The notes: generated from the sequence alone by a model not told the origin. Counted from the first letter of the stretch, positions 32,217 through 48,060 are shown. The stretch: 64,000 nt of DNA from Escherichia coli (GCF_050920415.1 NZ_CP169309.1); one strand, 5' to 3'. Numbers and translations are program-made.

Positions 32217-32693
32217 ATGCTTAACCAGCTCGATAACCTGACGGAGCGCGTCAGAGGAAGTAACAAACTGGTTGATCGCTGGCTACATGTACGTAAGCAT
32301 CTGCTCGTGGCTTACTACAATCTGGTTGGCATTAAGCCTGGCAAAGAATCGTACATGAGGCTAAACGAAAAAGCCCTTGATGATTTTTGTCAGAGCCTGG
32401 TCGATTACTTGTCTGCCGGACATTTCAGTATTTATGAGCGCATTCTTCATAAACTGGAAGGCAATGGGCAACTCGCACGCGCCGCGAAGATTTGGCCACA
32501 ACTCGAAGCCAATACCCAACAGATTATGGATTACTACGATTCCAGCCTGGAAACCGCTATCGATCATGATAATTACCTTGAGTTTCAACAGGTTTTATCT
32601 GACATCGGCGAGGCCCTGGAAGCGCGCTTTGTGCTGGAAGATAAGCTGATTCTGCTGGTGCTTGACGCCGCCCGCGTCAAACATCCTGCTTGA
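32217..32693 (+). CDS. rsd: Regulator of sigma D (anti-sigma-70 factor Rsd)
   Basis: 158-aa ORF MLNQLDNLTERVRGSNKLVDRWLHVRKHLLVAYYNLVGIKPGKESY. Confidence 0.93.
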   Translation: MLNQLDNLTERVRGSNKLVDRWLHVRKHLLVAYYNLVGIKPGKESYMRLNEKALDDFCQSLVDYLSAGHFSIYERILHKLEGNGQLARAAKIWPQLEANTQQIMDYYDSSLETAIDHDNYLEFQQVLSDIGEALEARFVLEDKLILLVLDAARVKHPA

Positions 32694-32725
32694 GTTCTGC
32701 GCTGTTAACGCGTAATTTACATTCA

Positions 32726-32752
32726 ACGCCCCGTTTGCGGGGCTAATTTCTT
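32726..32752 (+). terminator. Intrinsic terminator downstream of rsd
   Basis: Stem gccccg-tttg-cggggc followed by taatttctt. Confidence 0.6.
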
Positions 32753-32754
32753 GT

Positions 32755-32915
32755 CGGAGTGCCTTAACTGGCTGAGACCGTTTATTCGGGATCCGCGGAA
32801 CCTGATCAGGCTAATACCTGCGAAGGGAACAAGAGTTAATCTGCTATCGCATCGCCTTTGCGGCGATCGTCTCTTGCTTCATCCGTCGTCTGACAAGCCA
32901 CGTCCTTAACTTTTT
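32755..32915 (+). promoter_or_regulatory. TPP riboswitch (THI element) in the thiC leader
   Basis: Conserved THI-box signatures: ggctgagaccg...cgggatccgcggaacctgatcaggctaatacctgcgaagggaac; sits directly upstream of thiC. Confidence 0.8.
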
Positions 32916-32922
32916 GGAATGA

Positions 32923-35448
<2,526 letters not shown>

Positions 35449-35456
<8 letters not shown>

Positions 35457-36204
35457 CCGTGACTTTATGCGTTATAGCCGCCAAATCCTGCTCGACGATA
35501 TCGCTCTTGACGGGCAGCAAAAACTGCTCGACAGCCAGGTGCTGATTATCGGTCTGGGTGGGTTGGGTACACCTGCTGCGCTATACCTGGCGGGAGCTGG
35601 TGTCGGGACGCTGGTACTGGCAGATGACGACGATGTGCATTTGAGCAATCTGCAACGACAAATCCTCTTTACGACTGAAGATATCGATCGCCCGAAATCG
35701 CAGGTCAGCCAACAGCGACTGACACAGTTGAATCCCGACATTCAACTGACAGCATTACAACAACGGTTAACGGGTAAGGCGTTAAAAGATGCGGTAGCAC
35801 GGGCCGATGTGGTACTCGACTGTACCGACAACATGGCGACTCGCCAGGAGATTAATACCGCCTGCGTAGCACTTAACACACCGCTTATCATCGCCAGCGC
35901 GGTCGGATTTGGTGGTCAGTTGATGGTGCTGACACCGCCCTGGGAACAGGGGTGTTACCGCTGCCTGTGGCCGGATAACCAGGAGCCAGAACGCAACTGC
36001 CGCACGGCGGGCGTGGTTGGCCCGGTGGTCGGGGTCATGGGCACGTTACAGGCACTGGAAGCAATTAAGCTATTGAGTGGTATAGAGACCCCTGCGGGAT
36101 ATCTTCGACTGTTTGACGGTAAATTAAACCAATGGCGCAACCTGGCGTTGCGCCGTGCCAGCAGTTGCCCAGTATGCGGAGGAAGCAATGCAGATCCTGT
36201 TTAA
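35449..36204 (+). CDS. thiF: ThiS adenylyltransferase ThiF
   Basis: Start placed at [15 protein letters not shown] (251 aa), overlapping the thiE stop; E1-like GxGxxG (GLGGLG) and CxxC motifs. Track ORF is extended upstream in frame. Confidence 0.93.
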
Positions 36205-36388
36205 CGATCAACCGATGCAGTGCGTCGCCGGACTAACTGTTCACGAACTGCTGGAGCAACTCGATCAACAACAAGCAGGTGCGGCACTGGCAATTAATCA
36301 GCAAATCGTCCCGCGGGAGCAATGGGCGCAACATATCGTGCAGGATGGCGACCAGATCCTGCTTTTTCAGGTTATTGCAGGGGGTTGA
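36188..36388 (+). CDS. thiS: Sulfur carrier protein ThiS
   Basis: 66 aa, [12 protein letters not shown]...ends GG (ubiquitin-like sulfur carrier). Confidence 0.93.
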   Translation: MQILFNDQPMQCVAGLTVHELLEQLDQQQAGAALAINQQIVPREQWAQHIVQDGDQILLFQVIAGG

Positions 36389-36389
36389 G

Positions 36390-37160
36390 ATGTTACGTAT
36401 TGCGGGCAAAACGTTTGATTCACATCTGTTTACCGGCACCGGGAAATTCGCCTCTTCACAATTGATGGTGGAGGCGATCCGCGCTTCCGGCAGCCAACTG
36501 GTGACGCTGGCGATGAAACGTGTCGACTTGCGCCAACACAACGATGCTATCCTCGATCCACTTATCGCGGCGGGTGTGACACTACTGCCAAATACTTCTG
36601 GGGCGAAAACTGCGGAAGAAGCCATTTTCGCCGCTCATCTGGCACGTGAAGCGTTAGGCACAAACTGGCTAAAATTAGAGATTCACCCTGACGCCCGCTG
36701 GCTGTTGCCCGATCCCATCGAAACCCTGAAAGCCGCCGAAATGTTGGTGCAACAGGGATTTGTCGTGCTGCCTTACTGCGGTGCCGATCCAGTGTTGTGC
36801 AAACGTCTGGAGGAAGTGGGCTGTGCAGCAGTAATGCCGCTCGGCGCACCAATTGGCTCTAATCAGGGACTGGAAACCCGCGCCATGCTGGAGATTATTA
36901 TCCAGCAAGCCACGGTTCCGGTGGTCGTTGATGCTGGCATTGGCGTTCCCAGCCATGCCGCGCAGGCGCTTGAAATGGGAGCCGATGCGGTGTTAGTGAA
37001 TACGGCGATTGCCGTCGCGGACGATCCCGTCAACATGGCGAAGGCATTTCGTCTGGCGGTAGACGCCGGCCTGCTGGCACGTCAGTCCGGGCCGGGCAGT
37101 CGCAGTCATTTTGCTCATGCCACTAGCCCGCTGACCGGATTTCTGGAGGCATCGGCATGA
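36390..37160 (+). CDS. thiG: Thiazole synthase ThiG
   Basis: Start placed at [20 protein letters not shown] (256 aa), immediately after the thiS stop. Confidence 0.93.
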   Translation: MLRIAGKTFDSHLFTGTGKFASSQLMVEAIRASGSQLVTLAMKRVDLRQHNDAILDPLIAAGVTLLPNTSGAKTAEEAIFAAHLAREALGTNWLKLEIHPDARWLLPDPIETLKAAEMLVQQGFVVLPYCGADPVLCKRLEEVGCAAVMPLGAPIGSNQGLETRAMLEIIIQQATVPVVVDAGIGVPSHAAQALEMGADAVLVNTAIAVADDPVNMAKAFRLAVDAGLLARQSGPGSRSHFAHATSPLTGFLEASA

Positions 37161-38290
37161 AAACCTTCAGCGATCGCTGGCGACAACTGGACTGGGACGA
37201 CATCCGCCTGCGTATCAACAGCAAAACGGCTGCTGACGTAGAGCGGGCGCTCAATGCCTCGCAACTCACTCGCGACGATATGATGGCATTGCTATCACCT
37301 GCCGCCAGTGAATACCTGGAACCACTGGCTCAACGGGCGCAGCGTCTGACCCGTCAGCGATTTGGCAACGTCATCAGCTTCTACGTCCCGCTTTATCTCT
37401 CTAATCTTTGCGCTAACGACTGCACTTACTGCGGATTTTCCATGAGCAATCGCATCAAGCGTAAAACGCTGGATGAAGCGGATATCGCCAGGGAAAGCGC
37501 CGCTATCCGGGAGATGGGCTTTGAACATCTATTGCTGGTCACTGGTGAACATCAGACGAAAGTGGGGATGGATTACTTTCGTCGTCATCTCCCTGTCCTG
37601 CGTGAACAGTTCTCTTCACTACAGATGGAAGTACAGCCACTGGCGGAAGCGGAATACGCCGAGTTAAAGCAACTTGGTCTGGATGGGGTGATGGTTTATC
37701 AGGAGACATATCACGAGGCGACATACGCCCACCATCATCTGAAAGGGAAAAAACAGGACTTCTTCTGGCGGCTGGAAACGCCGGATCGGCTGGGCCGTGC
37801 GGGGATAGATAAGATAGGCCTCGGCGCGCTAATCGGCCTTTCCGACAGCTGGCGCGTTGACTGCTATATGGTTGCCGAACATTTGCTATGGCTGCAACAA
37901 CATTACTGGCAAAGCCGTTACTCTGTCTCCTTCCCGCGCCTGCGCCCGTGTACTGGCGGGATTGAGCCAGCGTCGATTATGGATGAACGCCAGTTAGTGC
38001 AAACTATCTGCGCCTTCCGCCTACTTGCGCCGGAGATTGAACTGTCACTCTCCACGCGGGAATCACCGTGGTTTCGCGATCGCGTTATTCCGCTGGCGAT
38101 CAATAACGTCAGCGCCTTCTCGAAAACGCAACCAGGTGGTTATGCCGACAATCATCCCGAGCTGGAACAGTTCTCACCGCACGACGATCGCAGACCAGAA
38201 GCGGTGGCCGCCGCGTTAACCGCTCAGGGTTTGCAGCCGGTGTGGAAAGACTGGGACAGCTATCTGGGACGCGCCTCGCAAAGGACATGA
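37157..38290 (+). CDS. thiH: 2-iminoacetate synthase ThiH (radical SAM)
   Basis: 377-aa ORF with [10 protein letters not shown] radical-SAM motif; overlaps the thiG stop by 4 bp. Confidence 0.94.
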   Translation: MKTFSDRWRQLDWDDIRLRINSKTAADVERALNASQLTRDDMMALLSPAASEYLEPLAQRAQRLTRQRFGNVISFYVPLYLSNLCANDCTYCGFSMSNRIKRKTLDEADIARESAAIREMGFEHLLLVTGEHQTKVGMDYFRRHLPVLREQFSSLQMEVQPLAEAEYAELKQLGLDGVMVYQETYHEATYAHHHLKGKKQDFFWRLETPDRLGRAGIDKIGLGALIGLSDSWRVDCYMVAEHLLWLQQHYWQSRYSVSFPRLRPCTGGIEPASIMDERQLVQTICAFRLLAPEIELSLSTRESPWFRDRVIPLAINNVSAFSKTQPGGYADNHPELEQFSPHDDRRPEAVAAALTAQGLQPVWKDWDSYLGRASQRT

Positions 38291-38336
38291 GACAAAATGT
38301 AAGAACGTAAATTTATTCCGAGCAGCTACGGAAGAT

Positions 38337-38374
38337 GAAAAACGCAAGGTTGTTGAAAGCGTTGCGTTTTTTTA
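38337..38374 (+). terminator. Putative terminator of the thiCEFSGH operon
   Basis: Hairpin aaacgcaa...ttgcgtt followed by eight U residues, about 50 nt after the thiH stop. Confidence 0.45.
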
Positions 38375-38544
38375 TGTTAGTACCGTCAGCAGGAATGTTG
38401 TCCAGGGCGAAAAGCTTCTTCCTCGTTTCGCCCTGCCTTTCTTAAAAATTCCGTAATGCAAAGTCTGAAGCCATCGCCTGTTGAGCAATGAAAGAGATCT
38501 GATTGTAAGAGAGTAAATACTCAACTATCATAGAGACGAAAATA

Positions 38545-38706
38545 AGAACACATGTTCTCATCTTCCAGGATGCAGCAGACTGAAGAAATTCAGACATCCC
38601 GCAACCTGCGATTATCGCAAGGTCAAGGCAAAGTCCGGTAATGGCGTTCTGAATACCAGAGATAATTCTCTGGCGAAACCCACCTTAAGGTGGGTTTTGT
38701 TATTTT
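38545..38706 (+). ncRNA. Candidate small RNA 3' region downstream of thiH (possibly SroH-like)
   Basis: Two consecutive plus-strand hairpins (ccagagataattctctgg; cccaccttaaggtggg) ending in uuuuguuauuuug. I recall an sRNA annotated between thiH and yjaZ in K-12; the 5' end given here is a guess. Confidence 0.3.
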
Positions 38707-39239
38707 GATGGCTGAGGAAGCTGCTTATTTCTCAATAAGTTGTAGGCAATGGTGAAAAATTTCACTGATTTACCTTTCTGTTTTTCAGAAATGGGATAAG
38801 CGCTAGTTACATGCAAACGAAGTTTTTTCTTTTCCCTGAAAGCCCTGAACGCAACAAAGTAAAATGCCTTGTCTCCTCCGTTTAAATCCACTTCAATCAC
38901 GGCATAGCTACCATACCCAGCATGAATAACGTTGCTTTCTGGCAGCGCCAAAATGGTTCTTTTTAAGTGTATGCGCGCTAAGTTATAACGGTGCTGGCAG
39001 AAGGGACGAGATTCTTTAGGCGCGTGGTACATTAACGATTGTTTTTCTTCGTTAGTCTGATGTTCATAATCTTTTGTGAAGCAGTGAAGAGAGTAGGTAA
39101 CCCAGAAGCGATACTCTAAAGGCTCTTTGCCCTCATGATGCTGAACGTAGACAGCCTGATGAGCATCAAGAAATGATAAATCACGAATATCACCATCCGG
39201 ATGTCCAAAAGGTCGCCACTTCTCCACTTCCTGTTTCAT
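38700..39239 (-). CDS. yjaZ: Heat-shock protein YjaZ (HtrC)
   Basis: 179-aa ORF; conserved position between rpoC and thiH. Confidence 0.85.
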   Translation of the reverse strand: MKQEVEKWRPFGHPDGDIRDLSFLDAHQAVYVQHHEGKEPLEYRFWVTYSLHCFTKDYEHQTNEEKQSLMYHAPKESRPFCQHRYNLARIHLKRTILALPESNVIHAGYGSYAVIEVDLNGGDKAFYFVAFRAFREKKKLRLHVTSAYPISEKQKGKSVKFFTIAYNLLRNKQLPQPSK

Positions 39240-39401
39240 TATCGTTCCTTAAGAAAGTCACACAGGAATAGTATCGAATTCTTGCCGAGCTTGACTCAAT
39301 TAGTTCAGTCAGTTTCAGGATATTAGTCATCTCTACATTGATTATGAGTATCCAGAAATTCATTAAATATTCTGACAAATGCTCTTTCCCTAAACTACCC
39401 C

Positions 39402-39426
39402 CATAAAAAAACCCGCCGAAGCGGGT
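39402..39426 (-). terminator. rpoC (rplKAJL-rpoBC) terminator
   Basis: Minus-strand stem cccgcttcggcggg followed by UUUUUUU, 25 nt after the rpoC stop. Confidence 0.8.
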
Positions 39427-39451
39427 TTTTACGTTATTTGCGGATTAACGA

Positions 39452-42400
39452 TTACTCGTTATCAGAACCGCCCAGACCTGCGTTCAGCAGTTCTGCCAGG
39501 CTGGCAGATGCGTCTTCTGCAGTCACCTGCGGTGCAGCCGGAGCTTCACCCGCAGCACGGCGACGCATACGATCCTGGTGGTACGCGTAACCGGTACCTG
39601 CCGGGATCAGACGACCCACGATAACGTTCTCTTTCAGGCCGCGCAGTTCGTCGCGTTTGCCCGCAACGGCTGCTTCGGTCAGCACGCGAGTGGTCTCCTG
39701 GAACGATGCCGCGGAGATGAAGGACTCGGTTGCCAGAGACGCTTTGGTGATACCCAGCAGATCGCGGGAGTAAGTTGCACCCACTTTGCCGTTCGCTTCC
39801 AGTTCGCGGTTTGCGATCTTGACGCGAGAGTATTCAACCTGTTCGCCTTCCAGGAAGTCGGAGCTGCCCGCGTTAACGATGGTAGCTTTACGCAGCATCT
39901 GACGAACGATAACTTCGATGTGTTTATCGTTAATCTTAACGCCCTGCAGACGGTATACGTCCTGTACTTCATTAACGATGTAACGAGTCACAGCATGAAC
40001 ACCACGCAGACGCAGAATGTCATGCGGCGCTTCCGGACCGTCGGAAATTACGTCACCACGTTCTACACGTTCACCTTCGAACACGTTGAGCTGACGCCAT
40101 TTCGGAATCATCTCTTCATACGGCTCGCTACCGTCTACCGGGGTGATAACCAGACGACGTTTACCTTTGGTTTCTTTACCGAAGGAAACCACACCGCTGA
40201 TTTCAGCCAGGATTGCCGGCTCTTTCGGACGACGTGCTTCGAACAGGTCCGCAACGCGTGGCAGACCACCGGTGATGTCCTTGGTACCGCCAGATTCTTG
40301 CGGAATACGCGCCAGGGTGTCACCGGAGCTGATCTGTACGCCATCTTCCAGCTGAACAATCGCTTTACCCGGCAGGAAGTACTGCGCAGGCATGTCGGTA
40401 CCCGGGATCAGAACGTCGTTACCCTGAGCATCAACGATTTTCAGTGCCGGACGCAGATCTTTACCACCTGCGGTACGTTCTGCGGAATCCAGAACCACCA
40501 GCGAAGACAGACCGGTCAATTCGTCGGTCTGACGAGTAATGGTCTGGCCGTCGATCATGTCAGTAAAGCGTACAAAACCGCTTACTTCGGTGATAACCGG
40601 CATGGTGTGCGGGTCCCAGTTTGCAACGGTCTCGCCGCCAGCAACCTGTTCGCCATCGCCTTTCGCCAGTACTGCACCGTAAGGCACTTTATAGCTTTCT
40701 TTGGTACGACCGAATTCGTCGATCAATTTCAGTTCGGTGTTACGGGAAGTGATAACCAGTTTACCGCTGGAGTTCACAACCGACTTCACGTTGCTGAGCT
40801 TGATGCTACCTTTGTTTTTCACCTGGATGCTGGATTCAGCAGCCGCACGAGATGCCGCACCACCGATGTGGAACGTACGCATGGTCAGCTGTGTACCCGG
40901 TTCACCGATGGACTGTGCCGCGATAACACCGATTGCTTCACCTTTGTTGATGATGTGGCCACGTGCCAGGTCACGACCGTAGCAGTGCGCACATACACCA
41001 AAGTCGGTGTCACAAGATACAACAGAACGTACTTTAACCGCGTCGACAGAGTTCTCTTCCAGCAGGTCACACCACTGTTCGTGCAGCAGCGTGTTGCGCG
41101 GAACGAGGATATCAGCAGTACCCGGCTTCAGAACGTCTTCAGCAGTTACACGACCCAGTACGCGATCGCGCAGCGGCTCTTTAACGTCACCACCTTCGAT
41201 AACCGGAGTCATCATGATACCTTCATGAGTACCACAATCGTCTTCGGTAACCACCAGGTCCTGCGCCACGTCAACCAGACGACGAGTCAGGTAACCGGAG
41301 TTCGCAGTTTTCAGTGCGGTATCCGCCAGACCTTTACGAGCACCGTGGGTTGAGATGAAGTACTGGAGTACGTTCAGACCTTCACGGAAGTTCGCGGTGA
41401 TTGGCGTTTCGATGATGGAGCCATCCGGCTTCGCCATCAGACCACGCATACCCGCCAGCTGACGAATCTGTGCCGCAGAACCACGCGCACCGGAGTCGGC
41501 CATCATGTAGATGCTGTTGAAGGAAACCTGCTTCTCTTCCTGACCGTCACGGTTAATAACGGTTTCAGTTTGCAGATTATCCATCATCGCTTTGGATACA
41601 CGATCGTTCGCCGCAGCCCAGATATCGATAACTTTGTTGTAGCGTTCGCCCGCAGTTACCAGACCAGACTGGAACTGCTCCTGAATCTCAGCAACTTCAG
41701 CTTCTGCCTCGGAGATGATTTCGTGTTTCTTCTCCGGGATGACCATGTCATCGATACCAACAGATGCACCAGAACGCGCTGCATATGCAAAGCCGGTGTA
41801 CATGATCTGGTCCGCAAAAATAACGGTCGGTTTCAGACCGAGAATGCGGTAGCAGGTGTTCAGCATTTTGGAGATTGCTTTCTTACCCAGCGCCTGGTTG
41901 ACGATGGAGTAAGGCAGACCTTTCGGTACAATCATCCACAGAATAGCACGGCCAACGGTCGTATCTTTCAGGCTGGTTTTCGCTACTAATTCACCGTTAG
42001 CATCTTTTTCATACTCGGTGATACGCACTTTAACGCGCGCATGCAGAGAAGCCAGACCAGAGCGATACAGACGTTCTGCTTCTTTCGGGCCAGTCAGCAC
42101 CATGCCTTCGCCTTTGGCGTTAACACAGTCGCGGGTCATGTAGTACAGACCCAGTACAACGTCCTGAGACGGAACGATGATTGGTTCGCCGTTCGCCGGG
42201 GACAGGATGTTGTTGGTAGACATCATCAGCGCACGCGCTTCCAGCTGGGCTTCCAGCGTCAGCGGTACGTGAACAGCCATCTGGTCACCATCGAAGTCGG
42301 CGTTATATGCCGCACAAACCAGCGGGTGCAGCTGGATAGCTTTGCCTTCGATCAGTACCGGTTCAAATGCCTGGATACCCAGACGGTGCAGAGTCGGTGC

Positions 42401-43675
42401 ACGGTTCAGCAGTACCGGGTGTTCGCGGATAACTTCGTCCAGGATATCCCAAACGACAGCTTCTTCGCGCTCAACCATTTTCTTCGCAGCTTTAATGGTG
42501 GTAGCAAGACCACGCAGTTCCAGCTTGCCGTAGATGAACGGTTTGAACAGTTCCAGTGCCATTTTCTTCGGCAGACCGCACTGATGCAGACGCAGGTATG
42601 GACCTACGGTGATTACAGAACGACCGGAGTAGTCAACACGCTTACCGAGCAGGTTCTGACGGAAACGACCCTGTTTACCTTTGATCATGTCGGCCAAAGA
42701 TTTCAGAGGACGCTTGTTAGAACCAGTGATCGCACGACCACGACGACCGTTATCCAGCAGGGCGTCTACCGCTTCCTGCAGCATACGTTTTTCGTTACGT
42801 ACGATGATGTCCGGCGCAGCCAGATCCAGCAGACGTTTCAGACGGTTGTTACGGTTAATGACGCGACGATACAGATCGTTCAGGTCAGAAGTCGCGAAAC
42901 GACCACCATCCAGCGGAACCAGCGGACGCAGATCTGGCGGCAGTACCGGCAGAACGGTCAGGATCATCCACTCTGGTTTGTTACCAGACTGAACGAACGC
43001 TTCCAGCAGTTTGATACGCTTGGTCAGCTTTTTACGCTTGGTTTCGGAGTTGGTTTCGTTCAGCTCTTCACGCAGCTGTTCGCACTCTTGCTCCAGATCC
43101 ATGCTCTTCAGCAGAGCCTGGATTGCTTCCGCACCCATTTTCGCGTCGAATTCGTCACCGAACTCTTCCAGCGCGTCCAGATACTGCTCTTCAGTCAGGA
43201 TCTGCTGACGCTCCAGGTTGGTCATACCGCCTTCGATAACCACATAGGATTCGAAGTACAGTACGCGTTCGATATCGCGCAGCGGCATATCGAGCAGCAG
43301 GCCGATACGGGACGGCAGCGATTTCAGGAACCAGATGTGCGCAGTCGGGGAAGCCAGTTCGATGTGGCCCATACGCTCACGGCGTACTTTAGTCTGGGTC
43401 ACTTCAACGCCGCACTTCTCACAGATGACGCCACGGTGTTTCAGGCGCTTGTACTTACCGCACAGGCACTCGTAATCTTTTACCGGCCCAAAGATACGGG
43501 CGCAGAAAAGGCCGTCACGTTCTGGTTTGAACGTACGGTAGTTGATGGTTTCCGGCTTTTTAACTTCACCGAAAGACCATGAACGGATCATGTCTGGCGA
43601 AGCCAGAGCAATTTTGATCGCATCAAACTCTTCGGTTTTAGTCTGCGCTTTCAGAAACTTTAATAAATCTTTCAC
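39452..43675 (-). CDS. rpoC: RNA polymerase beta' subunit
   Basis: 1407-aa [81 protein letters not shown]...; contains NADFDGD. Confidence 0.98.
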   Translation of the reverse strand: MKDLLKFLKAQTKTEEFDAIKIALASPDMIRSWSFGEVKKPETINYRTFKPERDGLFCARIFGPVKDYECLCGKYKRLKHRGVICEKCGVEVTQTKVRRERMGHIELASPTAHIWFLKSLPSRIGLLLDMPLRDIERVLYFESYVVIEGGMTNLERQQILTEEQYLDALEEFGDEFDAKMGAEAIQALLKSMDLEQECEQLREELNETNSETKRKKLTKRIKLLEAFVQSGNKPEWMILTVLPVLPPDLRPLVPLDGGRFATSDLNDLYRRVINRNNRLKRLLDLAAPDIIVRNEKRMLQEAVDALLDNGRRGRAITGSNKRPLKSLADMIKGKQGRFRQNLLGKRVDYSGRSVITVGPYLRLHQCGLPKKMALELFKPFIYGKLELRGLATTIKAAKKMVEREEAVVWDILDEVIREHPVLLNRAPTLHRLGIQAFEPVLIEGKAIQLHPLVCAAYNADFDGDQMAVHVPLTLEAQLEARALMMSTNNILSPANGEPIIVPSQDVVLGLYYMTRDCVNAKGEGMVLTGPKEAERLYRSGLASLHARVKVRITEYEKDANGELVAKTSLKDTTVGRAILWMIVPKGLPYSIVNQALGKKAISKMLNTCYRILGLKPTVIFADQIMYTGFAYAARSGASVGIDDMVIPEKKHEIISEAEAEVAEIQEQFQSGLVTAGERYNKVIDIWAAANDRVSKAMMDNLQTETVINRDGQEEKQVSFNSIYMMADSGARGSAAQIRQLAGMRGLMAKPDGSIIETPITANFREGLNVLQYFISTHGARKGLADTALKTANSGYLTRRLVDVAQDLVVTEDDCGTHEGIMMTPVIEGGDVKEPLRDRVLGRVTAEDVLKPGTADILVPRNTLLHEQWCDLLEENSVDAVKVRSVVSCDTDFGVCAHCYGRDLARGHIINKGEAIGVIAAQSIGEPGTQLTMRTFHIGGAASRAAAESSIQVKNKGSIKLSNVKSVVNSSGKLVITSRNTELKLIDEFGRTKESYKVPYGAVLAKGDGEQVAGGETVANWDPHTMPVITEVSGFVRFTDMIDGQTITRQTDELTGLSSLVVLDSAERTAGGKDLRPALKIVDAQGNDVLIPGTDMPAQYFLPGKAIVQLEDGVQISSGDTLARIPQESGGTKDITGGLPRVADLFEARRPKEPAILAEISGVVSFGKETKGKRRLVITPVDGSEPYEEMIPKWRQLNVFEGERVERGDVISDGPEAPHDILRLRGVHAVTRYIVNEVQDVYRLQGVKINDKHIEVIVRQMLRKATIVNAGSSDFLEGEQVEYSRVKIANRELEANGKVGATYSRDLLGITKASLATESFISAASFQETTRVLTEAAVAGKRDELRGLKENVIVGRLIPAGTGYAYHQDRMRRRAAGEAPAAPQVTAEDASASLAELLNAGLGGSDNE

Positions 43676-43751
43676 GGATTTGCTCCCGTCGGAGTTAGCA
43701 CAATCCGCTGCCGGGTTTTACCCCGACAGCAGTGACCTGTTTGAGCGAGAA

Positions 43752-46700
43752 TTACTCGTCTTCCAGTTCGATGTTGATACCCAGCGAACGAATCTCTTTC
43801 AACAATACGTTGAAGGATTCTGGCATGCCCGGCTCCATCTGATGGTTGCCGTCCACGATGTTTTTATACATCTTGGTACGACCGTTCACGTCATCAGACT
43901 TAACGGTGAGCATTTCCTGCAGGGTGTATGCTGCGCCGTATGCTTCCAGCGCCCACACTTCCATCTCCCCGAAACGCTGACCACCGAACTGTGCCTTACC
44001 ACCCAGCGGCTGCTGAGTAACCAGGCTGTAAGAACCGGTGGAACGCGCGTGCATCTTGTCGTCGACCAGGTGGTTCAGTTTCAGCATGTACATGTAACCC
44101 ACGGTTACCGGACGTTCGAACTGTTCACCAGTGCGACCGTCGTACAGGCGGATCTGACCAGAAGTCGGCAGGTCGCCAAGTTTCAGCAGTTCTTTAATTT
44201 CTGCTTCTTTCGCACCGTCGAAGACCGGCGTTGCGATTGGCATACCTTTGCGCAGGTTTTCAGCCAGACGCATAACTTCTTCATCGCTGAAGGTACTCAG
44301 GTCAACTTTCTGACGAACGTCAGCGCCCAGATCGTAAGCACGCTGGATGAATTCGCGCAGTTTCGCGACTTCTTGCTGCTGTTTCAGCATGGCGTTGATC
44401 TTGTCGCCGATACCTTTCGCAGCCATACCCAGGTGGGTTTCGAGGATCTGACCGATGTTCATACGAGACGGTACGCCCAGCGGGTTCAGTACGATGTCTA
44501 CCGGCGTACCGTTTTCATCGTAAGGCATATCTTCGATCGGGTTGATCTTAGAAATTACACCCTTGTTACCGTGACGACCTGCCATCTTGTCACCAGGCTG
44601 GATACGGCGTTTAACCGCCAGATATACCTTAACAATCTTCAGCACGCCCGGTGCCAGATCATCGCCCTGGGTGATTTTGCGGCGTTTCGCTTCGAGTTTC
44701 TTCTCGAACTCGTGTTTCAGTTCGTCATACTGCTCAGCCAGCTGTTCCAGCTGATTTTGTTTCTCTTCGTCGGTCAGGCCCAGCTCCAGCCAGCGATCGC
44801 GCGGCAGTTTGTCGAGCTTCTCAGCTTCAACGCCACCGGCTACCAGCACAGCACGGATACGGCTGAACAGACCCGCTTCGAGGATCTGCAGTTCTTCAGA
44901 CAGGTCTTTCTTCGCCTGTTTGAGCTGCATTTCTTCGATTTCCAGCGCACGTTTGTCTTTTTCTACGCCATCGCGAGTAAAGACCTGAACGTCGATAACC
45001 GTACCGGATACACCGTTTGGTACGCGCAGAGAAGAGTCTTTAACGTCAGACGCTTTCTCACCGAAGATCGCACGCAGCAGTTTTTCTTCTGGGGTCAGCT
45101 GAGTTTCACCTTTCGGCGTTACCTTACCAACCAGAATGTCGCCACCGGTTACTTCCGCACCAATGTAAACGATACCGGATTCATCCAGTTTGGAGAGCGC
45201 AGCTTCACCCACGTTCGGGATGTCAGCGGTGATCTCTTCTGGCCCCAGCTTGGTGTCACGGGACACACATGCCAGTTCCTGAATGTGAATGGTGGTGAAA
45301 CGATCTTCCTGAACAACACGCTCGGATACGAGGATGGAGTCTTCGAAGTTGTAACCATTCCACGGCATGAACGCTACACGCATGTTCTGACCGAGCGCCA
45401 GTTCACCGAGATCGGTGGACGGACCGTCTGCCAGCACGTCGCCGCGCTCTACCGGTTCACCCAGAGACACACACGGCATCTGGTTGATACAGGTGTTCTG
45501 GTTAGAACGGGTGTATTTGGTCAGGTTGTAGATGTCGATACCCGCTTCGCCCGGATACATCTCGTCTTCGTTAACTTTGATAACGATACGGGAAGCATCC
45601 ACGTACTGAACGACACCACCACGTTTAGCAACCGCAGTTACACCGGAGTCAACGGCAACAGCACGTTCCATACCCGTACCAACCAGCGGCTTATCAGCAC
45701 GCAGAGTCGGAACGGCCTGACGTTGCATGTTCGCACCCATCAATGCACGGTTGGCGTCATCGTGTTCAAGGAACGGGATCAGGGACGCACCGACGGATAC
45801 CACCTGCTGGGTGGATACGTCCATGTAGTCAACCTGGTCGCGGCTGAACAAGCTGGATTCGCCTTTGCTACGGCAAGTTACCAGGTCTTCTACGAAGTGG
45901 CCTTCTTCATCCAGGTTGGAGTTCGCCTGGGCGATAACGTAGTTGCCTTCTTCGATAGCAGACAGGTAGTGAATTTCGTCGGTTACAACACCGTCGATCA
46001 CTTTACGGTACGGCGTCTCAAGGAAGCCATATTCGTTAGTCTGTGCGTACACGGACAGGGAGTTGATCAGACCGATGTTCGGGCCTTCAGGAGTTTCGAT
46101 TGGACATACGCGACCGTAGTGAGTCGGGTGTACGTCTCGAACTTCGAAGCCTGCACGTTCACGGGTCAGACCGCCTGGGCCGAGTGCGGAGATACGACGC
46201 TTGTGCGTAATCTCAGACAGCGGGTTGTTCTGGTCCATAAACTGAGACAGCTGGCTGGAACCAAAGAACTCTTTCACTGCTGCGGAAATCGGTTTGGCGT
46301 TGATCATATCCTGAGGCATCAGGGTATCCAGATCGCCCAGAGACAAACGCTCTTTCACCGCACGCTCTACACGTACCAGGCCAACGCGGAACTGGTTTTC
46401 CGCCATTTCGCCAACGGAACGGATACGACGGTTACCGAGGTGGTCGATATCATCGACTTCGCCTTTACCGTTACGGATATCGATGAGCTTTTTCATAACA
46501 TCAATGATGTCGTCTTTGCTCAGGATACCGGAACCTTCGATTTCGTCGCGCAGCAGAGAACGGTTGAACTTCATACGACCAACCGCAGACAAGTCATAGC
46601 GGTCTTCGGAGAAGAACAGGTTCTCGAACAGGCTTTCAGCGGCTTCACGAGTCGGCGGCTCGCCAGGGCGCATCATGCGGTAGATTTCTACCAGTGCGCT

Positions 46701-47780
46701 CAGACGATCGTTAGTTGGGTCGACACGTAAGGTTTCAGAGATATACGGGCCGTGATCCAGATCGTTGGTGAACAGCGTTTCGATACGCTTGTGACCAGAC
46801 TGGCTCAGCTTAGCCAGCAGATCCAGGCTCAGCTCCATGTTCGCAGCACAGATCAGCTCACCAGTAGACTCATCAATGTAGTCTTTAGCAACCACTTTAC
46901 CTGCGATGTACTCAACCGGGACTTCGATCAGTTTGACGTCGTCTTTTTCCAGCTGGCGAATGTGGCGCGCAGTAATGCGGCGGCCTTTTTCTACGTACAC
47001 TTTACCGTTAGCTTCGATGTCAAAAGATGCGGTTTCACCACGCAGGCGTTCCGGCACCAGTTCCATCTGCAGCTTGTTATCACGGATTTCAAAGATAACT
47101 TTTTCAAAGAACAGGTCGAGGATCTGCTCTGTGGTGTAGTTCAGGGCACGCAGAATGATGGTCGCAGGCAGTTTACGGCGACGGTCGATACGTACGAACA
47201 GGTTGTCCTTCGGATCGAATTCGAAGTCCAGCCAGGAACCACGGTAAGGGATGATGCGCGCGTTATACAGCACTTTACCCGAAGAGTGGGTTTTACCTTT
47301 GTCGGAGTCAAAGAAGACGCCCGGACTACGGTGCAGCTGGGAAACGATAACACGCTCAGTACCGTTGATAACAAAGGTACCGTTGTCCGTCATGAGCGGA
47401 ATTTCGCCCATGTAGACTTCTTGTTCTTTAATGTCTTTTACGGTGCCTTCCGGCGCTTCGCGCTCATAGATCACCAGACGCAGTTTAACGCGCAGCGGTG
47501 CGGAATAGGTCACGCCACGGATTTGACATTCCTGGACGTCAAACACCGGTTCGCCAAGGCGGTAGCTGACGTATTGCAGCTCGGAATTACCGCTGTAGCT
47601 CTGAATCGGGAATACGGAACGGAAAGCAGCTTCCAGACCATACTGCCCTTCAGGATCTTGCTCGATAAATTTCTGAAACGAGTCAAGCTGGATAGAAAGG
47701 AGATAAGGTACATCCAGAACTTGTGGACGTTTACCAAAATCCTTACGAATACGTTTTTTCTCGGTATAGGAGTAAACCAT
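43752..47780 (-). CDS. rpoB: RNA polymerase beta subunit
   Basis: Start placed at [35 protein letters not shown] (1342 aa); track ORF extends 11 codons upstream. Confidence 0.98.
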   Translation of the reverse strand: MVYSYTEKKRIRKDFGKRPQVLDVPYLLSIQLDSFQKFIEQDPEGQYGLEAAFRSVFPIQSYSGNSELQYVSYRLGEPVFDVQECQIRGVTYSAPLRVKLRLVIYEREAPEGTVKDIKEQEVYMGEIPLMTDNGTFVINGTERVIVSQLHRSPGVFFDSDKGKTHSSGKVLYNARIIPYRGSWLDFEFDPKDNLFVRIDRRRKLPATIILRALNYTTEQILDLFFEKVIFEIRDNKLQMELVPERLRGETASFDIEANGKVYVEKGRRITARHIRQLEKDDVKLIEVPVEYIAGKVVAKDYIDESTGELICAANMELSLDLLAKLSQSGHKRIETLFTNDLDHGPYISETLRVDPTNDRLSALVEIYRMMRPGEPPTREAAESLFENLFFSEDRYDLSAVGRMKFNRSLLRDEIEGSGILSKDDIIDVMKKLIDIRNGKGEVDDIDHLGNRRIRSVGEMAENQFRVGLVRVERAVKERLSLGDLDTLMPQDMINAKPISAAVKEFFGSSQLSQFMDQNNPLSEITHKRRISALGPGGLTRERAGFEVRDVHPTHYGRVCPIETPEGPNIGLINSLSVYAQTNEYGFLETPYRKVIDGVVTDEIHYLSAIEEGNYVIAQANSNLDEEGHFVEDLVTCRSKGESSLFSRDQVDYMDVSTQQVVSVGASLIPFLEHDDANRALMGANMQRQAVPTLRADKPLVGTGMERAVAVDSGVTAVAKRGGVVQYVDASRIVIKVNEDEMYPGEAGIDIYNLTKYTRSNQNTCINQMPCVSLGEPVERGDVLADGPSTDLGELALGQNMRVAFMPWNGYNFEDSILVSERVVQEDRFTTIHIQELACVSRDTKLGPEEITADIPNVGEAALSKLDESGIVYIGAEVTGGDILVGKVTPKGETQLTPEEKLLRAIFGEKASDVKDSSLRVPNGVSGTVIDVQVFTRDGVEKDKRALEIEEMQLKQAKKDLSEELQILEAGLFSRIRAVLVAGGVEAEKLDKLPRDRWLELGLTDEEKQNQLEQLAEQYDELKHEFEKKLEAKRRKITQGDDLAPGVLKIVKVYLAVKRRIQPGDKMAGRHGNKGVISKINPIEDMPYDENGTPVDIVLNPLGVPSRMNIGQILETHLGMAAKGIGDKINAMLKQQQEVAKLREFIQRAYDLGADVRQKVDLSTFSDEEVMRLAENLRKGMPIATPVFDGAKEAEIKELLKLGDLPTSGQIRLYDGRTGEQFERPVTVGYMYMLKLNHLVDDKMHARSTGSYSLVTQQPLGGKAQFGGQRFGEMEVWALEAYGAAYTLQEMLTVKSDDVNGRTKMYKNIVDGNHQMEPGMPESFNVLLKEIRSLGINIELEDE

Positions 47781-48024
47781 AGGGTTCCTCAGCTCGCTGA
47801 CAAGTCGACCCATCTGTCCATTGAGCGGACAGTTTGTGCAACACTATTTTGTTGACCGGAAAATGGAACACTTTCCGCAATGCCTGTTGCTATCACGCTT
47901 AAACCATTTCATTGCGATTTACACAGAACGGGCGTCCTGTCGCAGTATATTAAGTCGTCGATAGAAACAAGCATTGAAAGGCACAGCAGTAGTCAAACAG
48001 TGTGAAACGCTACTGGCGCCTTAC

Positions 48025-48060
48025 AGCGCAAAAAGGCTGGTGACTAAAAAGTCACCAGCC
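48025..48060 (-). terminator. rplL-rpoB intercistronic attenuator
   Basis: Minus-strand perfect 10-bp stem ggctggtgac-uuuuua-gucaccagcc followed by UUUUUGCGC; further hairpins at 48065-48097. Confidence 0.75.

Noticed and set aside
39578-47855. Very long ORFs on the plus strand (591, 513, 1062 and 367 aa) antisense to rpoC and rpoB
   Set aside because: They lie entirely within and opposite to genes whose products match RNA polymerase beta and beta' along their full length; their translations are low-complexity (T/R/V/F-rich) with no recognisable domains and no RBS. These are shadow ORFs from codon bias in highly expressed genes.
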